Positions 30,308 through 39,238 of a stretch of DNA of 64,000 bases are shown here, piece after piece. Position numbers and translations under genes: made by a program. The number at the start of each line of letters is the position of its first letter. Position 1 is the first letter of the stretch. A model generated the notes under the pieces. It ran no database searches and was not told the DNA's origin. It worked only from the letters and a program-made list of their open reading frames with translations. The stretch comes from a virus (taxonomy: Duplodnaviria > Heunggongvirae > Uroviricota > Caudoviricetes): the IMG/VR virus record IMGVR_UViG_3300012324_000010. The stretch is one strand, 5' to 3'.

Positions 30308-31189
30308 CTAAACACGGGAAAATTCGGCAATGAAGTTATCATTGCTAGATTGCATACAGGTAATAAAGACAAGGCGGTTAGGCTTCTTCTCATTCCAAAT
30401 ATCCTTATCTCTTGAAATCAAACCTTTACCAGCACGGTGAGACTTCTCAAATTTAAACTTTACTCCGCCAACTTCCATAATATCACCAGGGTTAAGTTTA
30501 GACTCTCTGGTTACAGGATCATAAAGCCAGTTTCCAGGTGCTAGACCTGATAGTGCTCTACCATCAGGAGTTGTGTCGAGCGCATGAGCCGCCAGGTAGG
30601 ACGTACCTTGTGAGGTCTTATCATACTTCACACCACGGTTTTTAATCCAGAACACGGAAGTAAAGTTGGTTGGCTCAACAGTGCCGTTCTTTGGCTCTAC
30701 CAAAGATCCCAATGCAAAATCAGCATTGAGGGAAGGAATCTTCACTCTTTTACCAGTATTGGAAATCTGTTTCATTTCCTTAGCACTAGGCTTCCTATCA
30801 GTCTGCGCTGGGGTGCTTCCCCTGCGATGAGTATTCTTGTCCCTTTTATTCTTGTTCTTATTATCATTGTGAGGAGATGAGCTGCCATCTCCTCGTCCTG
30901 GAAGATCTGAGTGATTAACTGGATTTCCTAGAAGATCCACATTCTGGTTAGGATCATCATCTTTATCTTGTCTTCCTACAGGTGCATCTTTTACTGCTGT
31001 TAGCTGTGAAGAATCTTCAGGCACTGTCACAGCATTGAACTGGGCACCTGCGTTATCAGATACTTCTTGTCCCTTATCTGACTTCATAAACATTGTTACA
31101 GAACCAACAATGACTAGAATAGCCACTACTGCTACAGCAACAATGATTGCTAGAGTCTTTTTCTCTTTTGCTCCAATTTTTGATGACAT
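30308..31189 (-). CDS. putative sortase (class E/F-like transpeptidase)
   Basis: N-terminal TM anchor, S/P/N-rich linker, catalytic-domain motifs YLAAHAL (His), LVFITCMQ (TLxTC-like Cys), C-terminal Arg (AEFSRV). Confidence 0.55.
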   Translation of the reverse strand: MSSKIGAKEKKTLAIIVAVAVVAILVIVGSVTMFMKSDKGQEVSDNAGAQFNAVTVPEDSSQLTAVKDAPVGRQDKDDDPNQNVDLLGNPVNHSDLPGRGDGSSSPHNDNKNKNKRDKNTHRRGSTPAQTDRKPSAKEMKQISNTGKRVKIPSLNADFALGSLVEPKNGTVEPTNFTSVFWIKNRGVKYDKTSQGTSYLAAHALDTTPDGRALSGLAPGNWLYDPVTRESKLNPGDIMEVGGVKFKFEKSHRAGKGLISRDKDIWNEKKPNRLVFITCMQSSNDNFIAEFSRV

Positions 31190-31194
31190 TATAC

Positions 31195-31211
31195 TTTGTG
31201 TCCCTCTCTTA
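31195..31211 (+). repeat. polar intergenic motif CTTTGTGTCCCTCTCTT (copy 9, degenerate 3' part)
   Basis: same family; 6 nt from sortase start codon. Confidence 0.65.
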
Positions 31212-31358
31212 GTGTTATCCTTGTACTTATAAGAAGTATACTCTATTTTCTATTATCTTCTCATATCAAGAAGCATGTACAAAAACTGCATTGATTCCTA
31301 ATATAAAAAGACATTCTATACCTTCATAGAGTACAACATAGAATCAAGAAAAAGAAAA

Positions 31359-31392
31359 AGCCACAAAGAAAAGTCATCCTTTGTGGCTTTTT
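31359..31392 (-). terminator. intrinsic terminator downstream of flotillin-like gene
   Basis: aagccacaaag...ctttgtggcttttt. Confidence 0.7.
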
Positions 31393-31409
31393 ATACAAGC
31401 TTCTTTGCT

Positions 31410-32528
31410 TTAGCTATTGTCAGAAGATACTTCCTTGTTGTCATTGTCATCAATGGAAAGAGACTTCTTTAGCTCATTGAGAACAGTGGTAGAAGAAACA
31501 GCTAGAGTAGAAAGAGTCTTGGTGATATCCTTGTCATCTCCTACAATGGTGAGGTTGGAGTTAGCAAGAGACTTTCCTAGAGACTCCATGATTTCTGGAA
31601 GATACTTAATCATCTCAGCTTGCAAGGTAACAGAGTTGGAAGAAGATAGTGCTTCTGCTTCCAGCTTGGTAGCCTTTGCCTTGGTTTCTGCAGCAATAGT
31701 ATCTCGCTTGGATTCTGCTTCTGCTAGCTTGACAATATCAGCTTCATACTCAGCTTGACGCAGCTCAGCTTCAGCTTGACGAAGCTTAGTTTGCTCTTGT
31801 GTCACAGAAAGCTTCTCGCGGGCTTCTGCCAATGGACCTGATTGTTCTGCTTCAGCTCGTGCCTTGGCGGTTTCTACAGTGTTCTGGGAGGTCTTGAGAT
31901 CAGTTTCCTTCTGGTTTTCAGAAATATCCCTATCAGCTTCTAGCTGTGCCTTGCGAATTCGTGCCTGGGAAGCTGCATCTTCCCGTGCTGCATTTTCTGC
32001 AACACGAATAAGCTCTGGCTTGGAAAGGTTCTGGATATGTCCATTGTCATCTGTGACACCATTGATCTGGAAAGAATCAATCTTCCAGCCGAATTCTGCC
32101 ATCTTCATTGATACTTCTTCCATAACAGAAACAGCTAGTTCCATGCGATCATTGATGATTTGTTCTACAGAAAGTCCACCAATGAGTCCACGTGTTGCAC
32201 CTTCAAACACATCAGCTGCTGCCTTTTCAATATCATCATCGCTATAGTTCAAGAACTTGGATGCAGCCCTGGTAATACCTTCAATAGAACGTTCTACAGA
32301 AAAGACCACAGTAGCAGAGACTTTGATTTCTACATTGTCCTTTGTCTGTGCTAGAAGTTTAAAGCTAACATTGTGTGCATCTGTGCGAAAACGCTCCACC
32401 CTGTGAAGAAGTGGAATAACCCACGTTCCTGAACCTACCACTACCTTGAATGGTTGCTTAGGATCTCTTTTGCCAAATCCACCTGTGATGATAATGGCTT
32501 CTGTAGCCTTTGGAGTGATAAAAAACAT
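31410..32528 (-). CDS. flotillin/SPFH (band-7) family protein
   Basis: Start trimmed to MFFITPK (SD AAAGGAAA). SPFH-like N-terminal region (IIITGGFGKRDPKQPFKVVVGSGTWVIPLLHRVERF) followed by long E/A-rich coiled coil typical of FloT. Confidence 0.7.
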   Translation of the reverse strand: MFFITPKATEAIIITGGFGKRDPKQPFKVVVGSGTWVIPLLHRVERFRTDAHNVSFKLLAQTKDNVEIKVSATVVFSVERSIEGITRAASKFLNYSDDDIEKAAADVFEGATRGLIGGLSVEQIINDRMELAVSVMEEVSMKMAEFGWKIDSFQINGVTDDNGHIQNLSKPELIRVAENAAREDAASQARIRKAQLEADRDISENQKETDLKTSQNTVETAKARAEAEQSGPLAEAREKLSVTQEQTKLRQAEAELRQAEYEADIVKLAEAESKRDTIAAETKAKATKLEAEALSSSNSVTLQAEMIKYLPEIMESLGKSLANSNLTIVGDDKDITKTLSTLAVSSTTVLNELKKSLSIDDNDNKEVSSDNS

Positions 32529-32776
32529 TGTTTTCCTTTCTTTTGTGATATATTTTTCATCAGTTGAATACATAGTACTGGATATAGATTAAAAGATCAA
32601 CAAAAACACATAAAAGCATAATGAGTAGTAATGTGGTATTATATGCTTAAAGACTTATATGTGATTGTAATCACATATACAATATGGTCTTGTTTTTCAG
32701 TATAATAACAACCTAGATATAATAAACCTTAGAAAAAACCATTGAATAAATAGCACTTGCAGAAAGGGATACACCT

Positions 32777-33235
32777 ATGAACTCTCCTAGTGCATCGCTG
32801 CGCACTCTTGCTGCAAAGGGTCTAGTTCCTTTGTCTTTAGTTGCAGCTCTTGTTACTGGAAACCCTACTGTTTCTGCACAAGAAACCACCTCTTATAATA
32901 AAGATTACAGCTTTTCCCAAGAGGAAAAACCACAGGACAAAAAGCCTTCTTATTCTTTTGGAGCTAAACTCTTTGCTCCTTCTTCTTTTGATGGCCATGC
33001 TGGAATGTGGATAAGCAGAAACCTATCTACTACATCATCTGGGGATATGAACATACCTCAGCTTCATGAGTATTTTGTCTCCAATGAAGGAGTTTTGTAC
33101 AAAACCACTATTACTTCTGGAAAAAACACTATGGAAGAAAAACACACTGGTGTTCTTCCTGAAAAAATAGCACAAAGTCTTAGAGAAAAAATGCCTTCTA
33201 TGCCTGCTGAACTGGTATTTCAGCACTTTTCTTAG
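32777..33235 (+). CDS. secreted hypothetical protein
   Basis: Signal peptide ...VTGNPTVSAQ. Confidence 0.55.
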   Translation: MNSPSASLRTLAAKGLVPLSLVAALVTGNPTVSAQETTSYNKDYSFSQEEKPQDKKPSYSFGAKLFAPSSFDGHAGMWISRNLSTTSSGDMNIPQLHEYFVSNEGVLYKTTITSGKNTMEEKHTGVLPEKIAQSLREKMPSMPAELVFQHFS

Positions 33236-33324
33236 AATATAAGAGATACTATACTACCTCTTTTTAGGGGTGGCATTTTTTTATCTCTTGACAATGTTTT
33301 TTCTTCTATGTCATACTATATTCA

Positions 33325-33675
33325 GTGCTTCACACAGTAGGGAAGAATCTTGCTGTATTAACAAGCACTATGAACTTTGTACAACAACACACTATATCAA
33401 GGAGAAACCTCGTGTTTAGCTTTACTACCCCTGGAATGGAAGAGACTTCTAACGCTATGGAAGACAATCTTGTTGCTTCTGGGGATGACATCACTACCAT
33501 TGATGATTTTGACTTTGAAGATATGGAATATTCATATGATGATTTTGATGATGTGGAAGAAAATCCATATGAGGAAGAGTATGGTGATCTCAGTGATGAA
33601 TGGCTAGATGATTGCTATGAAGACAATCTTCGCATGAAGTTTTCTCGCAGCGCTCGAAACAATGGTGATTGGTGA
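33325..33675 (+). CDS. acidic hypothetical protein (start uncertain)
   Basis: 116-aa ORF, D/E/Y-rich. Confidence 0.4.
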   Translation: MLHTVGKNLAVLTSTMNFVQQHTISRRNLVFSFTTPGMEETSNAMEDNLVASGDDITTIDDFDFEDMEYSYDDFDDVEENPYEEEYGDLSDEWLDDCYEDNLRMKFSRSARNNGDW

Positions 33676-33681
33676 TATATA

Positions 33682-34386
33682 ATGGCTGATCAGCCGTCAT
33701 CTAACAAAAAGGATAATGACTATCTAGATATGCAACTTTTTACCAAGGAGCATTTCTATCTTTTCCCTGTGATTAAATATGATTACACAGGTGATGATGG
33801 TCATATCATTGCAGTATCTTCAGAAGTTTTTGATGGTGGTCTATCCAATGCTATTGATTATACCCAAGGAAAAGCTCTAGAAGAACAGCAGGTACAAAAA
33901 TACAGGCTGATTACTATTCTACCTGCTGTTGCTATGGCTTCTTTTATGATTTTATCTGGAGGTATTTTCAACTACATCATTGCCACTGCTTTGATGATCT
34001 CTATCTTTTTATCTATTAGAAAGTTTCTTAATGCTGAAGCTTTAGTTACTGTGATGAAAAAGTCTTTTAGAGACAACCGCATTATGGATAAATCCACTGA
34101 TCTATACAAGATAGCAACAGTAAAAGAAATACAATCTTTTAACTGTCCTATGGATGTTTCTGAAAATCTCCATCAGATTCCACGAAAAGTATGGGAAGAA
34201 GCTGGTCTGGGAACATATTTTGCCCCACAGGATATGTTTTCCATTATTGTTCTCATAGCACTATCTTCTCCTATGACACACAATAAAACTGTGAGCATAG
34301 TAGAAGATATGATTTATGCTACTGAGGAAGAGAAAATGAAATATATTGACAAGCTTCTAGATCTTGTCATGCAGAAAGTGGATTGA
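33682..34386 (+). CDS. membrane hypothetical protein
   Basis: 234 aa with two central TM helices. Confidence 0.55.
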   Translation: MADQPSSNKKDNDYLDMQLFTKEHFYLFPVIKYDYTGDDGHIIAVSSEVFDGGLSNAIDYTQGKALEEQQVQKYRLITILPAVAMASFMILSGGIFNYIIATALMISIFLSIRKFLNAEALVTVMKKSFRDNRIMDKSTDLYKIATVKEIQSFNCPMDVSENLHQIPRKVWEEAGLGTYFAPQDMFSIIVLIALSSPMTHNKTVSIVEDMIYATEEEKMKYIDKLLDLVMQKVD

Positions 34387-34432
34387 AAAAAACACCCTCT
34401 TGTTAATAAGTTTTTCAAGAGGGTGTTTTTTG
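34386..34432 (+). terminator. bidirectional intrinsic terminator
   Basis: aaaaaaacaccctcttg...caagagggtgtttttt. Confidence 0.8.
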
Positions 34433-34440
34433 CTATCTAG

Positions 34441-35724
34441 TTAAAAGAATACCTTTTTTACTTTATCTAGGAAAGATACACTAACTTCTCCACCTGTATT
34501 AACCTTAGGTCCTACATTGGTAGAAATATTTTTCTTCTTTACAGGTGTAGAGTCATTTTTGTCCCTTGATACCCTTTCTTTGTTGGAAGTATCATTGTCT
34601 TCTTTATCTTCAGTATCATCTACTGATACTGATATATCATCTTGTGAAACTTCTCCCTCAGCTGGTTGTGGGGGTTGTATGGTATAGCCATCATCACTAG
34701 GCTCGCTGGTAGAGGTTGTGGATTGGTCAGAATCTGTGCTGCTATCTTCTGAGGAAGAAGGAAATTGAGATGAGCTACTGGGTGTAGAACTTTCTGTGTG
34801 AGAAGATGCTGTAGAAGGAGATTTATCATCTACATCCTTGTCACCATCTACATCTTTATTCCCGTTAGTTTCCTCTGGTGAAGTTGTAGAAGGTTGTGGT
34901 TCATTCTCAGAAGGATTGGGTTCATCTTCTCCTGTACTATCATCTCCTGTATTATCAACAAACACTTCCTGTCCTACTGTTTTTTCAATCCAGTCTTTGT
35001 ACCCAGAAACAGGCATGTACATAGTTCTTTTGTTTCCTACTGGATCTATTCCTTGTGGGGTTGCTCCAAAAGCAAGAACACCATAAAGTGTATCATTGAT
35101 CACAAATGGTCCTCCAGAGTCTCCCACTGTGGAGATACCATCTTTGAAGATAACAGGATTGATAGTCATTCCTGGGTTAAACTCGTCATCTTTTTCTGTC
35201 TTATGAAACATTGTTCCATCTAGAGTATTAAGATTTTCTAGTTTCTTCTTTTCACCTGGACCCCAACCATATCCTTTTCCTGGGGTATCTTTACTAATAG
35301 TACCATTGTAAAGTTTCATAGGAGTAGCATTGTCTACAGGTTTATTAAGACGAAACAACGCCATATCTCTATCTGAGGAGTAAGTCTTTACATCATCTAC
35401 TGTATAAACAGGCTGTGATTTAGCACTGGTTCCAAAAGAAATATTTGAATACCATTTATCCATTCCATCTTTAGGAATGCAGTGTTGTGCTGTCAACACC
35501 CATTGTGGAGAAATCAAAGTGCCAGTACAAGTCAAGGTATGAACTGTAGGGTTTACATTATCAATATCCTCTTTATTTTTCATAAAAATTCTTGCTACTG
35601 CACTGGTGGTGTCATTGTCAGGTGCATCTGTGGTAGAAACCATTGCTGATGCTGGTACTGCACAAGATGCAAGTGCAATAGCAGCTGTAGCAGAAGATGT
35701 ATATATTTTGCGTTTTAAAGACAT
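34441..35724 (-). CDS. secreted S1-family serine protease with S/T/D-rich linker and conserved C-terminal tail
   Basis: Signal peptide; CTGTLISPQWVLTAQHC (His), GDSGGPF (Ser); C-terminal VGPKVNTGGEVSVSFLDKVKKVFF. Confidence 0.85.
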   Translation of the reverse strand: MSLKRKIYTSSATAAIALASCAVPASAMVSTTDAPDNDTTSAVARIFMKNKEDIDNVNPTVHTLTCTGTLISPQWVLTAQHCIPKDGMDKWYSNISFGTSAKSQPVYTVDDVKTYSSDRDMALFRLNKPVDNATPMKLYNGTISKDTPGKGYGWGPGEKKKLENLNTLDGTMFHKTEKDDEFNPGMTINPVIFKDGISTVGDSGGPFVINDTLYGVLAFGATPQGIDPVGNKRTMYMPVSGYKDWIEKTVGQEVFVDNTGDDSTGEDEPNPSENEPQPSTTSPEETNGNKDVDGDKDVDDKSPSTASSHTESSTPSSSSQFPSSSEDSSTDSDQSTTSTSEPSDDGYTIQPPQPAEGEVSQDDISVSVDDTEDKEDNDTSNKERVSRDKNDSTPVKKKNISTNVGPKVNTGGEVSVSFLDKVKKVFF

Positions 35725-35895
35725 AAAAGAGCATTCCTTTTTTAGACATCATTGTGTTGTTATGCATATTTTGCACATAGCATTGTATATCTATGATACA
35801 TTTTTTCTCCTTTTATTGTCACAGGAGAAAACAATACAAAAACACCTCCATTCCTTAGAATGAGAAATAGAGGTGTTATAAACTAAATTGCAATA

Positions 35896-37185
35896 TTAGA
35901 ACAGATTTTTTATCTTAGAGAAAAATGATTTCTGCTCTACATTTCCACCAGTTTTCACTGTTGGTCCTACAGCATCATCCTCTGACTCATTGTGAATATT
36001 ATCCTCTTCTAAGACAGGTGCTGCATTGTTATTGTCTTCTGCAACATTGCCCCCTAAGGTAGTGTTTTCTACTCCATTGCCACCTAGAGTAGCGTTTCCT
36101 ACTCCATTATTACCTACAGTAGTGTTTCCTGCAACAGTTGCATCACCAACAGGGATGGCTTCAGAAGAATCTTCCTCAGGTGGGTTTATTACTGTTGCTT
36201 CAGTAATACCGCCATCATCATTATTGTGTGTCCCTTCAGATGTGGAAGCTTTCTTGGAAGATGATGGTTTGGAAGATGATGGTTTGGTTGTATGTGATGT
36301 AGAAGGAGTGGAAGATTTGTCTCCATTGGAATCATCTTCTTCAGTGGGTACTTCTGCATCAACAGTTCCACCGTCTTCTTGTGGTTGGGTGTTTCCAGAG
36401 TCTGATCCTGGAGTAGAGACAAAGCTATCACTTTGTTTAATAGTATTTTCAATCCACTCTTTGTATTGTGCTACAGGCATATACAAACCATGAGACACTT
36501 CACCTTCATCAGGAATGGTTGCCATAGACAACACTCCATATACTGTGTCATCTATGATAAATGGAGATCCAGAATCACCCTTTGCAGAATGTCCTCCATT
36601 AAAGATTACCTCATTGGTATCCATTTCTTTGAACGGTCCACCGTGAATAGCTTCTGGTGACATTGTTCCATTAAGAGTGTTGAGAGCTTTTAGTCGTGGC
36701 TCGTCCATGGGCTTTCCCCATCCATAAGCTTGACCTTGTTTTTCTTCTTGCAAGACACTATCCCAAAGTTTCAATGGTTCAACATCATTGACTGGTTTTT
36801 CCAGGTGGAATAAAGCCATATCATCCTGATTAGAATGTGTTTTAACATCATCTATCTTATATGATTGTCCATCATCAGTAGTTCCAAAAGTGACACTTCC
36901 AGAATACTTGTCTAGTCCTCCATTAACACAGTGTGCAGCAGAAAGAATCCATTGTGGAGAAATCAAAGTTCCTGTACAAGATGTAACATGCACAATTCCA
37001 CTACCATTAGCTTGCACTGCATCTAGTTCAGCTTTATCACTTAGCTGAATATGTGCTATAGCATTAGTAGTATCATTAGCTTCTGCATTTGTATCACTCA
37101 CTAGAGCTTGTGCAGGAATGGCCATAGTTGTCAATGCTAGTGCTGCTGTTGCAGAAGCTGTAGCCATTTTTGTTTTACAACCCAT
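35896..37185 (-). CDS. secreted S1-family serine protease paralog with conserved C-terminal tail
   Basis: CTGTLISPQWILSAAHC, GDSGSPF; C-terminal VGPTVKTGGNVEQKSFFSKIKNLF. Confidence 0.85.
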   Translation of the reverse strand: MGCKTKMATASATAALALTTMAIPAQALVSDTNAEANDTTNAIAHIQLSDKAELDAVQANGSGIVHVTSCTGTLISPQWILSAAHCVNGGLDKYSGSVTFGTTDDGQSYKIDDVKTHSNQDDMALFHLEKPVNDVEPLKLWDSVLQEEKQGQAYGWGKPMDEPRLKALNTLNGTMSPEAIHGGPFKEMDTNEVIFNGGHSAKGDSGSPFIIDDTVYGVLSMATIPDEGEVSHGLYMPVAQYKEWIENTIKQSDSFVSTPGSDSGNTQPQEDGGTVDAEVPTEEDDSNGDKSSTPSTSHTTKPSSSKPSSSKKASTSEGTHNNDDGGITEATVINPPEEDSSEAIPVGDATVAGNTTVGNNGVGNATLGGNGVENTTLGGNVAEDNNNAAPVLEEDNIHNESEDDAVGPTVKTGGNVEQKSFFSKIKNLF

Positions 37186-37268
37186 GAAAAATCCTTCTTT
37201 CTTTTATTATCTATCCCTCTTATGAAAAATCATGAACTCATGATTGGTAACATGTCTATTGTAGATGT

Positions 37269-38651
37269 CTACCGTGTTGCATTGTCATGGCTGGATGCAT
37301 GAGCATGGTGGGTATCTACATCATGATCATGAGTAACATCTTTTCTTACAGTGCTTTTGTTTCCATAGGCACTATCTTGTGCAACTTTTTTGTGAGAAGA
37401 GTTTTTGATTGTCTTGAGACGTTTATGCAAACTATCAAATCTCTTGCCACTTTTCCTTTCTACTTTGGAGATTATCTTTTCAGCCAAAGATGCATCAGTT
37501 CCTGCTAGAGCATGTGACTGTGCTCCACCTTGTGCTGTTGCATGTGCTGTGTTTTTACCACCAATAGATGAAGCATGTGCTGAAGAGTGTGATTTGCGTC
37601 CCTTCTGTGCATGATGGGAAGGTTTCTTATTCCCCTTCTTTGCATGTGAAGAAGGTTTCTTCCCTGCTGCTTTAGACCTGTGGTGTCCAGATGCAGGCTG
37701 AGGAGAAGATACTAGTTTCTCACCTGTGGTCTCATTGATCCACTTGCCATAAGGAGAAACAAGAGCATAAAGCACAGTATCAGTAGCCTTTTGCCCATCA
37801 TCATGAATAACACCCTGAGACAAGATTCCATAAACTTTTCCATTGATAATAAATGGAGAGCCAGAATCACCATAGGTAGACTGTCCAGAGTTTAATGTAG
37901 CACGCTGAGTTTTCATACCTGGTACAGCACTGTCAGTTTCTACTTTGGGTTGAATCTGTGCAATATCAGCAGTGAGATTTTCTGCTTCTGCAGGCACACC
38001 TTGATCATCTACATCACCCCATCCATATACAGCACCAGGGGTAGGTGATTTTACTATTTTGGAAGCAATCTTCAAAGGTTGCGCTGCAGAAGGAGTACTA
38101 AGATGAAGCAAAGAAAGATCTACCTTGTCATTATTGACAACGCTATCCACTTCAATTTTATCTGTAGATTCTGGTGTTTCCCCCAAAGTCACTTCAGAAA
38201 ATGCTTCTTGTTTATCTACACAGTGTTTTGCTGTGAGAATCCACTCAGGAGCAATGAGAACACCTGTACAAATAGTGGAACCATATCCTTGACCTGAAGA
38301 GATATCATCAGAGTCAGAGGAATCATCAGAGGAATCATCAGTAGAATCTTCCTTATTGTCCTCATCTTTTATTTCATCAGAATCATCATTGTTGTTGTCT
38401 TCTGAAGATTTTTCATCTGAAGATGATCCATCCTCTTCATTAGCATAGTTTTCTGTTTCTTTGTCCCCAGAACCAGATTCCTTATTACTATCTTCTGGGA
38501 ATGTTGTTTCAACTCTAGCAATAGCACCAACATTTTCTTGATTTTTAGGCTGAGAGCCATCAACAATAGCAAAAGCAGGTGAAGCAACAACACTTGTTGT
38601 TACCACACCTGCACATAGCGCTGCTACATATCTAGACATGTGCTTAGTCAT
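37269..38651 (-). CDS. secreted S1-family serine protease paralog with acidic pro-region and His/basic-rich C-terminus
   Basis: CTGVLIAPEWILTAKHC, GDSGSPF; lacks the VNTGG tail. Confidence 0.8.
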   Translation of the reverse strand: MTKHMSRYVAALCAGVVTTSVVASPAFAIVDGSQPKNQENVGAIARVETTFPEDSNKESGSGDKETENYANEEDGSSSDEKSSEDNNNDDSDEIKDEDNKEDSTDDSSDDSSDSDDISSGQGYGSTICTGVLIAPEWILTAKHCVDKQEAFSEVTLGETPESTDKIEVDSVVNNDKVDLSLLHLSTPSAAQPLKIASKIVKSPTPGAVYGWGDVDDQGVPAEAENLTADIAQIQPKVETDSAVPGMKTQRATLNSGQSTYGDSGSPFIINGKVYGILSQGVIHDDGQKATDTVLYALVSPYGKWINETTGEKLVSSPQPASGHHRSKAAGKKPSSHAKKGNKKPSHHAQKGRKSHSSAHASSIGGKNTAHATAQGGAQSHALAGTDASLAEKIISKVERKSGKRFDSLHKRLKTIKNSSHKKVAQDSAYGNKSTVRKDVTHDHDVDTHHAHASSHDNATR

Positions 38652-38751
38652 GGGTAAATCACACCTTCATGGATAGGAAAACATTTTTCCTTGATATTTT
38701 ATCAGGTTGAAGGTGTTATTAGAGTTGACTTATTTTTCGCTGTGTGCCTTT

Positions 38752-39054
38752 CTACAAAGCTGCATATTCTGCAGCAGAACACAACATCTTTCCCCACTGT
38801 GCCTGGCTGCTATCTTTGTCCTCTTCCCCACGGAAGACTTTCCTTCCTAGCTTATATGCTTCAGCAGAGCTAAAAGAAGCTACCAGTTCTTCTGATGACA
38901 GCAATTCAACGCTATTAGAGTGTGCTTTAGCTACTACACTTTTACCTTCTAGAGACCACGTACAGGTATCACCAATAGATACAGTAGCCTTAATGCGGGG
39001 AACATCCCCATTTCTGTAATAGTTCTTCTTGCTCTTATTATAAGTCATTGTCAT
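38752..39054 (-). CDS. hypothetical protein
   Basis: 100-aa ORF; weak support. Confidence 0.35.
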   Translation of the reverse strand: MTMTYNKSKKNYYRNGDVPRIKATVSIGDTCTWSLEGKSVVAKAHSNSVELLSSEELVASFSSAEAYKLGRKVFRGEEDKDSSQAQWGKMLCSAAEYAAL

Positions 39055-39238
39055 TTTCTCCTTTTATTACATGATATATATTGTGCTTGTTGATATTACA
39101 AAATCAATAGTACCTGATACTACTTATAAATGCAAGATTGTTCTACTTTTGCATAAAAAGTAAAACAGGCTGTGAGCTTGTTATTATAATATATGACCTT
39201 TTCACATTGTAAAAAAAAGATTGGATACTGAAACACCC

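Noticed and set aside
30836-30850. Coding-region near-matches to the polar motif (30836 TTCTTGTCCCTTTTATT; 40961 CTGTGTCCCTCTCC; 59995 ACATGTCCCTTTATAG)
   Set aside because: They lack the upstream T-run and GTG core and lie inside ORFs. They are treated as chance or relaxed matches rather than bona fide copies, though all are again on the + strand.
38300-38420. Short GAATCATCAGA(G/T)GAATC repeats in the 37269 protease gene
   Set aside because: This is a low-complexity coding repeat encoding D/S-rich linker residues. It is not an independent element.
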